From Halogeometricum borinquense DSM 11551 (GTDB lineage: Archaea; Halobacteriota; Halobacteria; Halobacteriales; Haloferacaceae), in NCBI RefSeq assembly GCF_000172995.2, contig NC_014729.1:1590001-1622000 (forward strand): DNA of 32,000 nt. Direction: 5' to 3'. A program made the position numbers and the translations under genes. The notes beneath the pieces were generated by a model. That model had not been told where the DNA came from and searched no databases. It was given only the letters and a program-made list of their open reading frames with translations. Positions 16,012 through 24,899 of this stretch are shown piece by piece. Within the stretch, counting starts at the first letter, position 1; each line of letters opens with the position of its first letter.

Positions 16012-16473
16012 ATGACGCTCGATGTCGAACCGCCGTCGCCGCCCGAACTCAGTCCTTCTATCGACCCGAACGAGTACGACGACGCCGACGTGGTCGGCGA
16101 CGACAACGACTACCGGCGGGACGAACTCTCCGCGTTTCTCAGCGAAGGGGCGTGGGAAGAGGCGTTCGCGGAGTGGGCCGCCGACACGGACGTGACAGCC
16201 GACGAGTGGGCCATCGTCACCGACTTGGGTCTCGGCTCGGACTTCGACTTCTTCTGGGACGATTTCGCCGGACGTGTCGGCTACCACGCGCCCGGACTCC
16301 CGCAGGATTGGAAGGAACAGGAGGTTCACCCGGAACTCTCCTCGTGGAAGCAAGTGTCGAGCATCAACGCGGGCCTCACGGAGTTGGGACAGACCGTCTG
16401 CGACGTACTCAAAGACGATTACATCGAGTGGGAGTCCGAGTACGAAGCGCCCGATGATCTGCCGGATTTCTGA
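16012..16473 (+). CDS. Very acidic cytoplasmic protein (153 aa), function unknown
   Basis: ATG start with its own TATA-like box. Extremely Asp/Glu/Trp-rich (…DEWAIVTDLGLGSDFDFFWDDFAG…DDYIEWESEYEAPDDLPDF). No TM helix or signal peptide. No family recognised. Confidence 0.6.
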   Translation: MTLDVEPPSPPELSPSIDPNEYDDADVVGDDNDYRRDELSAFLSEGAWEEAFAEWAADTDVTADEWAIVTDLGLGSDFDFFWDDFAGRVGYHAPGLPQDWKEQEVHPELSSWKQVSSINAGLTELGQTVCDVLKDDYIEWESEYEAPDDLPDF

Positions 16474-16516
16474 TTTCTCTCGGAACGCATTTGTCGGGTG
16501 ATAGACAAACAGAGGT

Positions 16517-17113
16517 GTGAACCGTAGAGCCCTCCTCTCAGCGTCCGCCCTCACGCTGACCGGCCTCGCTGGATGTACGGGTGCCGTTCGGGAACAAGTG
16601 AGTGGCGGCATCGACATGGAATTGGCTACTACGATATACCACCCCGCTGACGAACCGTGGTTCGCTGACGGTCTCTCCGCGCAGTCGTCGAACGCCTATC
16701 ATACCGAACTCTTCACGCAACCGCCGCCGGACGACGCTGACCTGTTCACCGGTCACTACCCGCAACAGGAGCACTCGCTCGATAACGACATTCGAAACGA
16801 CGACTATTCAACCGGATTTTTGCTCCTGTTCGAGGCGAAGATGCCACGGCGGCAGCCGTACGGCATCAGTCCGACCATACTGCACGGTGACCTCTCGTGG
16901 AGCGCGTGGGACACCGCTTCGATTCCGATGCGGCGCGATCCGCGCGACCCCGAAACCCTATCGTTCGGCGACGACGTGGACGAAGTCATCTCCACGACGC
17001 TCGTTCGGTACGAGGCGGATGCCATACCGTCGAAGGCGGTGGTGACTGTCTACGATGAAGAGACGGGGGGTCAGATCACCCAGCAGACGGCGCGTTCCAG
17101 ATTTCAGTCGTAA
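16517..17113 (+). CDS. Predicted Tat-lipoprotein, function unknown
   Basis: GTG start preceded by gaGGTG. N-terminus (M)NRRALLSASALTLTGLAGC has a twin-Arg motif, a hydrophobic region and a lipobox Cys. The remainder is acidic and soluble. Confidence 0.6.
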   Translation: MNRRALLSASALTLTGLAGCTGAVREQVSGGIDMELATTIYHPADEPWFADGLSAQSSNAYHTELFTQPPPDDADLFTGHYPQQEHSLDNDIRNDDYSTGFLLLFEAKMPRRQPYGISPTILHGDLSWSAWDTASIPMRRDPRDPETLSFGDDVDEVISTTLVRYEADAIPSKAVVTVYDEETGGQITQQTARSRFQS

Positions 17114-17149
17114 CCCCCACGACACTGAATCGTTCGCACGGTTCCACGG

Positions 17150-17158
17150 TTTTGATAT
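17150..17158 (+). promoter_or_regulatory. TATA-like box (TTTGATATA) upstream of ileS
   Basis: Lies 24-32 nt upstream of the ATG at 17182. Confidence 0.4.
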
Positions 17159-17181
17159 ACGTTCCCGGTTTGTCCACCTAT

Positions 17182-20100
17182 ATGGACGACCTAAGCGACC
17201 AGTACACGCCGGCGGATATCGAGTCCGTCGTCGGCGATTACTGGGACGAGGAGAACGCCTACGAGGCGACGAAGGAGGCGCACGCGGACGACCCGGCCTT
17301 CTTCTTCGTTGACGGCCCGCCGTACACGTCGGGACAAATGCACCTCGGGACAGCGTGGAACAAGACGCTGAAGGACGCCATCATCCGTTACAAGCGGATG
17401 ACGGGTCACCGCGTCACGGACCGGCCGGGCTACGACATGCACGGTCTGCCTATCGAGGTCAAAGTCGAGGAGGAACTCGGCTTTGAGACCAAGCGCGACA
17501 TCGAAGAGTACGGCATGGAGTCGTTCATCGACGAATGCAAGTCGTTCGCCGAACGCAACCGCGAGGCGATGGACGACGATTTCCAGTCTATCGGCGTCTG
17601 GATGGACTGGGACGACCCGTACAAGACGCTCTCGCCGGAGTACATGGAGGCCGCGTGGTGGGCGTTCGACCAAGTCGCAGACCGCGGACTGGTCGAACGC
17701 GGCAAGCGCTCTGTCAACTACTGCCCGCGCTGTCAGACCGCTATCGCCGCGAACGAAGTCGAGTACGACGAAATCGACTCGCCGTCTATCTACGTGAAGT
17801 TCCCCCTCGAAGACCGCGAGGGGAGCCTCGTTATCTGGACGACGACGCCGTGGACCATCCCGGCGAACACGTTCGTCGCTGTCGACGGCGAGATGACGTA
17901 CCAGGCCGTCCGCGCCGAGAAGGGCGGCGAGAGCGAGGTGCTGTACCTCGCTGAACCCTGCGTCGAAGACGTGCTAAAGAAGGGGCGATACGAGGATTAC
18001 GAAGTCGTCGAAGAGCTATCCGGCGAGGAGATGGTCGGGTGGGAGTACGACAACCCGCTGGCCGGCCACCTGAACGAGTACGCCGACTTCGAAGGCGCGG
18101 GTGAGGTGTACACCGCCGAGTACGTCGAAGCCGACCGAACGGGTCTGGTCCACTCCGCGCCCGGCCACGGTCAAGAAGACTTCGCCCGCGGACAGGACCT
18201 CGGACTCGACGTGTTCGTGCCGGTTGACGGCCGCGGCGAGTTCACCGAACAGGCCGGCGACTACGCCGGCACGTTCGTCCGCGACGCCAACCCCGACATC
18301 ATCGAGGACTTGGAGGCGGACGGCTCGCTCCTCCACTCGGGCGAACACAGCCACCGGTACGGTCACTGTTGGCGGTGTGATACGGACATCATCTTCCTCG
18401 CCACCGATCAGTGGTTCATCACCGTCACAGACGTGAAAGACGAACTCCTCGACAACATCGAGGATTCGGAGTGGCATCCGCAGTGGGCGCGCGACAACCG
18501 CTTCCGCGACTTCGTCGCCGACGCGCCCGACTGGAACATCTCCCGGCAGCGCTACTGGGGCATTCCGCTGCCCATCTGGGAGTCCGAAGACGGCGAGGAC
18601 TTCATCGTCGTCGGTACGCGCGAGGAGTTAGCCGAACGCGCCGATCAGGACGTAGATCCCGGAGAGTTGGACCTGCACCGTCCATCCGTCGATCCCCTCA
18701 CCATCACCGAGGACGGCACGACGTACGAACGCGTGCCGGACGTGTTCGACGTGTGGATCGACTCCTCGGTGGCGACGTGGGGAACGCTCGATTACCCCGG
18801 CAACGAGACCGACTTCGAGGAACTGTGGCCCGCCGACCTCATCGTTGAGGCGCACGACCAGACCCGCGGGTGGTTCTGGTCGCAACTCGGCATGGGGACT
18901 GCCGCACGCGGAGAGATCCCGTACGAGGAGGTTCTTATGCACGGGTTCGCCAACGACGAGAACGGCCGGAAGATGTCGAAGTCTCTCGGGAACATCGTCA
19001 CGCCCGAGGAGGCCATCGACCGCGCGGGCCGCGACCCACTGCGCGCGTACCTCCTGAGTCACGACCAGCAGGGTGTCGATCTCTCGTTCGATTGGGACGG
19101 ACTTGCCGACACCCAGTCGGCGCTCAACATCTTCTGGAACGTCTTCCGATTCCCGCTGCCGTACATGGAACTGGACGGCTACGACCCCGCGAACCCGGAC
19201 CTCTCGGCGGGCGAACTCAGCGTCGTAGACGAGTGGGTGCTATCGCGTCTCCAGACCGTCAAGGCCGACGTCGCGGACGCGTGGGACGACTACGAGGTTC
19301 ACGACGCGCTCAACGCAATTCTCGACTTCGTGACGGAGGATGTCTCGCGCTTCTACGTGAAGGCGATCCGCGAGCGGATGTGGGAGGAGGAAGACTCCGA
19401 ATCCAAACGCGGCGCGTACGCGACGCTTGCGACTGTCCTCAACGAAACGGTGCAACTCATCGCACCGTTCACGCCGTACGTCGCAGAGCGGATGTACCAG
19501 CATCTCGACGGCAGCGAGACCACCGTTCACGCGCTCGACTACCCGACCGTAGACGAGGCGTGGCGCGACGAAGAACTGGAGCGCAATATGGCGGTCCTGC
19601 GGAACGTCGAAGAGGCGGCCGCGAACGCCCGCCAGCAGGGCGAGCGAAAACTCCGCTGGCCCGTCCAGCGCGTGGTCGTCGCCAGCGAGGACGACGAGGT
19701 AGCTGAGGCGGTCGAAGCGCTCTCTGACCTCCTTGCTGACCGGGTGAACACCCGGACTATCGAGGTCGTCGAGACGTTCGACGAACTCGTCGAGTACGCC
19801 GACCCGCAGATGGGCGTCATCGGCCCCGCCTTCGGCGGCGACGCACAGAAGGTCATGCAGGCGGTCAAGGGTGTCCCCCGCGAGGAAGTCGAGTCGGGCG
19901 TCGAAGTCGATGGTGAGACGGTCGAACTCACCGACGAGATGGTCGAGTACCGCGCCGAACCCCCCGAGAACGTCTACGACGCCGAGTTCGCGGCGACGGA
20001 CGGCACTGACGGCGGCGTCGTCTACGTCGATACCTCCCTTACTGAGGAGATCGAGGCCGAGGGATACGCGCGCGACGTGATCCGCCGTATCCAAGAGATG

Positions 20101-20316
20101 CGCAAGCGTCTGTCCCTCGACGTGGAAGAGGAGATTGCGGTCTCCCTCGACGTGCAGGACGACCGCGTAGCCGACCTCGTGTACCGCCACGAGGATCTCA
20201 TCGCCGAAGAAGTCCGTGCGACCACTCTCAATTCCGACGGCGAGGACGCCGACCTGACTGAAGAGTGGGACATCGAGGGCGTCACTGTCGTCATCAGCAT
20301 CGCACAGACGGCGTAA
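17182..20316 (+). CDS. ileS: Isoleucine--tRNA ligase
   Basis: 1044 aa from the ATG at 17182. HIGH-type motif (PYTSGQMHLGTAWNK), KMSKS motif (RKMSKSLGN), a CP1 editing region and Zn-type CPRC/CWRC motifs. The table start at 17152 is a TTG. Confidence 0.97.
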   Translation: MDDLSDQYTPADIESVVGDYWDEENAYEATKEAHADDPAFFFVDGPPYTSGQMHLGTAWNKTLKDAIIRYKRMTGHRVTDRPGYDMHGLPIEVKVEEELGFETKRDIEEYGMESFIDECKSFAERNREAMDDDFQSIGVWMDWDDPYKTLSPEYMEAAWWAFDQVADRGLVERGKRSVNYCPRCQTAIAANEVEYDEIDSPSIYVKFPLEDREGSLVIWTTTPWTIPANTFVAVDGEMTYQAVRAEKGGESEVLYLAEPCVEDVLKKGRYEDYEVVEELSGEEMVGWEYDNPLAGHLNEYADFEGAGEVYTAEYVEADRTGLVHSAPGHGQEDFARGQDLGLDVFVPVDGRGEFTEQAGDYAGTFVRDANPDIIEDLEADGSLLHSGEHSHRYGHCWRCDTDIIFLATDQWFITVTDVKDELLDNIEDSEWHPQWARDNRFRDFVADAPDWNISRQRYWGIPLPIWESEDGEDFIVVGTREELAERADQDVDPGELDLHRPSVDPLTITEDGTTYERVPDVFDVWIDSSVATWGTLDYPGNETDFEELWPADLIVEAHDQTRGWFWSQLGMGTAARGEIPYEEVLMHGFANDENGRKMSKSLGNIVTPEEAIDRAGRDPLRAYLLSHDQQGVDLSFDWDGLADTQSALNIFWNVFRFPLPYMELDGYDPANPDLSAGELSVVDEWVLSRLQTVKADVADAWDDYEVHDALNAILDFVTEDVSRFYVKAIRERMWEEEDSESKRGAYATLATVLNETVQLIAPFTPYVAERMYQHLDGSETTVHALDYPTVDEAWRDEELERNMAVLRNVEEAAANARQQGERKLRWPVQRVVVASEDDEVAEAVEALSDLLADRVNTRTIEVVETFDELVEYADPQMGVIGPAFGGDAQKVMQAVKGVPREEVESGVEVDGETVELTDEMVEYRAEPPENVYDAEFAATDGTDGGVVYVDTSLTEEIEAEGYARDVIRRIQEMRKRLSLDVEEEIAVSLDVQDDRVADLVYRHEDLIAEEVRATTLNSDGEDADLTEEWDIEGVTVVISIAQTA

Positions 20317-20340
20317 GCGAGCCACCGACCCACCGCGTCG

Positions 20341-20345
20341 TTTTT
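20341..20345 (+). terminator. Oligo-T tract downstream of ileS (candidate archaeal terminator)
   Basis: cgtcgTTTTTacc lies 25 nt after the ileS stop, in a convergent intergenic region. Confidence 0.3.
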
Positions 20346-20415
20346 ACCGGACAAAGCGTCGATCAGCTTATCGCCTTCAATGCCTCCAATCGCCGAAATG
20401 GAGGTGAGTCGGTCG

Positions 20416-21456
20416 TCAGAACCCGAGCGTCGGGACGTACGACGCACTCGGGAAGACGCCGATGATGTACAGGATCACGATGAGGAACGACCCGAAGACG
20501 ATAGCGGCCGCGGGCGGATCCCAGTGGGTGTCGCTGTGCGAGTAGAACACGCGCTGGAACAGTTCACCGAACAGGCCTGAGATGAGTCCCAGCACGCCGC
20601 CAGCGATGAGTCCGACCAGTAGTGATCCGTCGGGACCACCCACCGCGGCGAGCGCCCCCGCGCTTCCGATAAGCGACATGTGGTGAGTGACGGGGATGCG
20701 CTCGACGCCGAGGTTCAAGAACACGAGCGACGCCGCACTGATACCGAACGCGAGGAAGATACTCCCGGTCTCCATGGCGATGAATGCGCCGAGAAGTCCG
20801 ACGACGAGGCTGACGGCGGCGACGTTAGCCCACTTGTACTGGTGGGGAAGCCACGGTTCAACGGCCAATCGGGAGGCCGTTCCGCCGTCCGTTTCTCCGT
20901 CGCCATCGGCAGCCGCCTCGCCGACGACGCGAATCTCTTCGCGTTCGAACGGCGACATATCGAGCGGACCGTCTCCTCGAATTTTTCCAACGAGCGGATA
21001 GCCGAATGCGACGCGGTGGGCAAGCGCCGAGAGCGTGACGCCCATGGCGATCGGGTCCCACGGTAGGTTGTACGTCTGCGATGCGATGGTTATCCAGTAG
21101 CCGAGAATGCCGAACAGGCCGCCGACCGCGAGTACGTCCGGTTTCGTCCCGAGCGCGAACGCGATATCTTTGGCGTTGTGATAGTCGAATCCTGAGTCCA
21201 TATAGCCTCTTTTGGCCGCGTATGCGGCGGCAGCGGCCCCACCGGCGAAACTGATTGCGGGCGAGAACGGTTCACCGAAGGCGACTGAGCCCGTGATGCT
21301 TCCCGCCTCGGCGTTGGCGACAACAGCCGTCTCACCGGCAATGACAAGGAAGCCGGTGAAGATGAACGCGGGAAGCGCGCCGAGTGCGGCGCCGAACGCG
21401 CCGCCCGCAAAGGCGGCGATGAGCATCTCGACCGCCCAGAGTTCGGAGAGTGCCAT
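20416..21456 (-). CDS. glpX: Multi-pass membrane protein translationally coupled to glpK; putative glycerol uptake/facilitator-like protein
   Basis: 346 aa, Gly/Ala-rich, about 8-10 hydrophobic helices. Its ATG overlaps the glpK stop (TGATG at 21454-21458). The symbol is positional only: I recall a gene called glpX in this position downstream of glpK in H. volcanii. Confidence 0.5.
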   Translation of the reverse strand: MALSELWAVEMLIAAFAGGAFGAALGALPAFIFTGFLVIAGETAVVANAEAGSITGSVAFGEPFSPAISFAGGAAAAAYAAKRGYMDSGFDYHNAKDIAFALGTKPDVLAVGGLFGILGYWITIASQTYNLPWDPIAMGVTLSALAHRVAFGYPLVGKIRGDGPLDMSPFEREEIRVVGEAAADGDGETDGGTASRLAVEPWLPHQYKWANVAAVSLVVGLLGAFIAMETGSIFLAFGISAASLVFLNLGVERIPVTHHMSLIGSAGALAAVGGPDGSLLVGLIAGGVLGLISGLFGELFQRVFYSHSDTHWDPPAAAIVFGSFLIVILYIIGVFPSASYVPTLGF

Positions 21457-22997
21457 CAGTCGCTCCCTTCCCGCGCCCAGTCGCGTGAGCGGTCAACTGC
21501 TTCCTTCCAGCGGCCGTAGCGCCCATCGACGTTTTCGGCGCTGTCGTCGGGGGAGAACTCCCGGTCAATCTGCCAGTTGTCGCGGAGTTCATCGAGATTA
21601 CTCCAGTAGCCGACAGCCAGTCCGGCCGCGTAGGCGGCACCGAGCGCCGTCGTCTCGTCAACCATCGGTCGCACGATGTCCGTGCCGACGATGTTCGACT
21701 GGAGCTGGCAGAGGAAGTTGTTCTTGACTGCGCCGCCATCGACACGAAGCGTCGAGAGGTCGATGCCGCTGTCTTCCTCCATGGCTTCGGCAACGTCGCG
21801 GGTCTGGAACGCGATGGATTCGAGCGTGGCGCGAACGACGTGTTCGCGGCGGGTGCCGCGGGTCATGCCGAGGATAGTACCGCGGGCACGCTGGTCCCAG
21901 TGAGGTGCGCCGAGTCCGGTGAATGCGGGGACGAAGTAGACGCCGTCGGTCGAATCGACAGAGCGGGCGAGTTCTTCGGTTTCGGCGGCGTCGTCGATGA
22001 GGCTCACGTCTTCGAGCCACTCGATAGCCGCGCCGGTGATGAAGATGGAACCCTCAAGCGCGTACTGGACGGGTTCGCCCGAGCGCTGGAAGCCAACGGT
22101 GGTCAGCAGGCCGTGTTCGCTCATGACGGCCTCGTCGCCGGTGTTCATGAGCATGAACGAGCCAGTGCCGTACGTGTTCTTCGCGTCGCCAGCGTCGAAA
22201 CAGGTCTGACCGAACAGCGCGGCCTGTTGGTCTCCGAGCGCGCCCGCGACGGGAATCTCCGCTCCAAGGAAGCCGTCCGGATCGGTCGTTCCGTACAGGT
22301 CCTCGTCCGACGATGGCCGGACTTCGGGAAGGAGTTCCGCAGGAACGTTGAACTCCTCAAGGAGTTCGTCGTCCCAGTCCATGTCGTGGATGTTGAACAA
22401 CATGGTGCGGGAGGCGTTGGTCACGTCGGTGACGTGCGCACCCGTGAGTTTGTAGGTGACCCACGAGTCGATAGTGCCGAACATGAGTTCTCCCTGTTCG
22501 GCCCTCTCGCGTACGTCGTCGGGGCGCATGCGAGCGAGTTTGATGGGGTCGGCGTTGTCGAGGAGCCACTCGGCTTTCGTTGCTGAGAAGTATGCGTCGG
22601 GTTCGAGACCGGTCTTCTCGCGGACCCACTCCTCTTTACCCTCGTCTTGGAGCGTCTCGACGCGGTCGGTCGTCCGGCGGTCCTGCCACACGATGGCGTT
22701 CGCTATCGCCCGTCCGCTCGCTTTGTCCCAGATGAGCGTCGTCTCACGCTGGTTGGTGATGCCGATTGCCTCCAACTGCTCGGCGTCGAGGCCGGCCTCT
22801 TCGAGCGCCGTCAGCATCACAGCCTGCGTGTTCTCCCAAATCTCCGCTGGGGCGTGTTCGACCCATCCCGGTTCGGGATAAATCTGCTCGTGTTTCTGGT
22901 ACGCGCTTGCGACGACTTTCCCGCTGTGGTCGAAGACCATAAACCGGGTCCCTGTCGTCCCTTGGTCTACTGCACCAATGTATGTGTTTTCTGTCAT
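21456..22997 (-). CDS. glpK: Glycerol kinase
   Basis: 513 aa: YIGAVDQGTTGTRFMVFD, ITNQRETT..WD, FGTIDSW, GDQQAALFGQ, KNTYGTGSF and VDGGA..N..LCQLQSNI, all FGGY-family glycerol kinase signatures. Confidence 0.97.
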   Translation of the reverse strand: MTENTYIGAVDQGTTGTRFMVFDHSGKVVASAYQKHEQIYPEPGWVEHAPAEIWENTQAVMLTALEEAGLDAEQLEAIGITNQRETTLIWDKASGRAIANAIVWQDRRTTDRVETLQDEGKEEWVREKTGLEPDAYFSATKAEWLLDNADPIKLARMRPDDVRERAEQGELMFGTIDSWVTYKLTGAHVTDVTNASRTMLFNIHDMDWDDELLEEFNVPAELLPEVRPSSDEDLYGTTDPDGFLGAEIPVAGALGDQQAALFGQTCFDAGDAKNTYGTGSFMLMNTGDEAVMSEHGLLTTVGFQRSGEPVQYALEGSIFITGAAIEWLEDVSLIDDAAETEELARSVDSTDGVYFVPAFTGLGAPHWDQRARGTILGMTRGTRREHVVRATLESIAFQTRDVAEAMEEDSGIDLSTLRVDGGAVKNNFLCQLQSNIVGTDIVRPMVDETTALGAAYAAGLAVGYWSNLDELRDNWQIDREFSPDDSAENVDGRYGRWKEAVDRSRDWAREGSD

Positions 22998-23196
22998 AAG
23001 TCACCATCTCCGGTTCCGATAGGCCCGCCACCTATCGGTGACGCCACTACGACGCGCCAAACGTGCTAACAGACCGCAAGATACAGCATAAATGTTTCTT
23101 AACATTACTTCCCGTGACTGTCGTAAAACTAAACACGTACCCCCGGTGGATTGACACTGGCGTCAGGTCCATACCCGCTCGGACCAATCTCCAACG

Positions 23197-24420
23197 ATGG
23201 CAGACGACACCGACGTAGTGGTGATTGGCGGCGGTGCGACTGGTGCTGGAATCGTCCGCGATTTGGCGTTGCGCGGCGTGGACGTGACACTTGTCGAACG
23301 TGGTGGCCTTTCGGCGGGAACCTCCGGTCGGTCTCATGGCTTGCTTCACAGCGGTGCGCGATACGCCGAGGCCGACGAGGTGGGTGCGCGCGAGTGTATC
23401 GCGGAAAATCGAATCCTGCGCGATATTGCTGGCGAGTGCGTTCGCGATACCGGTGGCCTGTTCCTCCAACTGGCCGAGGACGACCCCGAGTACTTCGAGG
23501 CAAAGCGCACCGCCTGCGAGGATATCGGCATCCCGATCGAGACGCTCTCTGGCGACGAGGTGCGGAATGAAATATCGGGCCTCTCCGAGGCTGTCGAGCG
23601 CGCGATGAAAGTTCCCGACGCCGTCGTCTCCCCGTCGCGCCTCGTCGCCGCGAACGCCGCGGACGCCCGCGATCACGGAGCGACTATCCTGACGAATGCA
23701 CCCGTGGAAGACCTGCACGTCGAAGACGGCCGCATCACCGGCGTCAAAGTCGGCGGATCGGTCGGTGAGACCATTGCCGCGAAACAGGTCGTCAACGCCG
23801 CTGGCGCGTGGGCAGAAGACGTCGGCCGGATGGCGGGCGTCGAGGTGGCGATGCGTCCCACGAAGGGAGTGATGGTCTCAGTTCAGTACGACGGACTCGG
23901 TCCCGTTCTCAACCGCGCCCGCGACCCTGCGGACGGCGACATTGTCGTCCCGCACGATGGGGAAGTCGTCTTGGGAACGACGAGTATCGAGGTGGACGAC
24001 CCCGACGACTATCCGGAGGATGCCCAAGAAGTCGAACGGATGGTCGAAGAATGCTCGAAGATGCTTCCGCCTGCCCGCGAGGCTGAACGGGTTCGAACGT
24101 GGTGGGGCGTCCGCCCACTCTACGCACCGGACGAGGATTCCCGCGAGGGTGCGCGCGGTATCTCTCGCGGCTTCTTCTGCGTGGATCACGGCGACGACGG
24201 CGTCGAAAACTTCACGAGTATCGTCGGCGGGAAACTCACCACCTATCGACAGATGGCCGAGGCCACGACGGACCGCGTCTGCGAGAAACTCGGTGTTGCT
24301 GCCGACTGTCGAACCGCAGCAAAGCGACTTCCGGGCGCAGATGACCCTGAACAGTTAGACGCATACGTTACGGAGTTCGGCGGTGCAGGACCGACGGACG
24401 AAGACGTGGTTCGAGGCTGA
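23197..24420 (+). CDS. GlpA-like FAD-dependent oxidoreductase paralogue lacking the C-terminal BFD-like [2Fe-2S] domain
   Basis: 407 aa with VVVIGGGATGAGIVRDLALRG (FAD Rossmann fold). By eye it aligns collinearly, at roughly half identical positions, with the 594-aa GpdA at 29267-31051 as far as ...LPG..D......EFG. It then stops, before the CECEGVT...CQGAFC region present in the long paralogue. Confidence 0.85.
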   Translation: MADDTDVVVIGGGATGAGIVRDLALRGVDVTLVERGGLSAGTSGRSHGLLHSGARYAEADEVGARECIAENRILRDIAGECVRDTGGLFLQLAEDDPEYFEAKRTACEDIGIPIETLSGDEVRNEISGLSEAVERAMKVPDAVVSPSRLVAANAADARDHGATILTNAPVEDLHVEDGRITGVKVGGSVGETIAAKQVVNAAGAWAEDVGRMAGVEVAMRPTKGVMVSVQYDGLGPVLNRARDPADGDIVVPHDGEVVLGTTSIEVDDPDDYPEDAQEVERMVEECSKMLPPAREAERVRTWWGVRPLYAPDEDSREGARGISRGFFCVDHGDDGVENFTSIVGGKLTTYRQMAEATTDRVCEKLGVAADCRTAAKRLPGADDPEQLDAYVTEFGGAGPTDEDVVRG

Positions 24421-24528
24421 GAGACGAGTACGACGGACTCCCCGAGAGTCTGGATTAACGATCCGTTTTAAACAACTATCACTGCTTTCCGTGAAACTAC
24501 TAATCGTGTCTCCCACCGGGAAATACCC

Positions 24529-24798
24529 ATGCGTCGAAACACACGCAGTCGAGGTCAGACGACGAGACGGACGTTCCTCGCCGGGGTTGGGGGTGCGGCG
24601 GCGTTATCATCCGTAGGCGTCGTCGGAGCGAAACCGGACGGTGCGCCGCGAACGGTCGTGCTCCGTTCGAAGGATGCAGACGAACTGGCGGCACGCGCGT
24701 TCCCAACGACTGATGCGGCGTACTCAAAGCGCGGGTCGTGGTTCACTACCGGCGACGACTCGGACGGACCTCGGGGAAGCGACAAGTTGCAGTTTTAC
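24529..24798 (+). pseudogene. 5' fragment of a Tat-secreted protein gene interrupted by the IS element
   Basis: MRRNTRSRGQTTRRTFLAGVGGAAALSSVGVVGA is a twin-arginine signal, followed by about 55 mature residues. Beyond about 24798 the frame runs into IS left-end sequence and stops at 24868-24870. Confidence 0.7.
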
Positions 24799-24816
24799 AG
24801 AGGTACAAGGAGAATG

Positions 24817-24837
24817 CCCCGAGGCTTGACCTCGGGG
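24817..24837 (+). repeat. IS left-end hairpin (CCCCGAGG-CTTGA-CCTCGGGG)
   Basis: Perfect 8-bp stem with a 5-nt loop, 62 nt upstream of the tnpB ATG. Confidence 0.7.
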
Positions 24838-24899
24838 TTGAATCCGACACTCCGTGAAACAAACCATTAAGTTAACACACTTCTAACCAGCAGACAGCG

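Noticed and set aside
24421-24528. Possible remnant of the missing BFD-like domain of the short GlpA paralogue downstream of its stop
   Set aside because: Only 108 bp separate the stop from the next gene. No frame there encodes a Cys-containing BFD-like segment, so the truncation does not come from a simple nearby frameshift.
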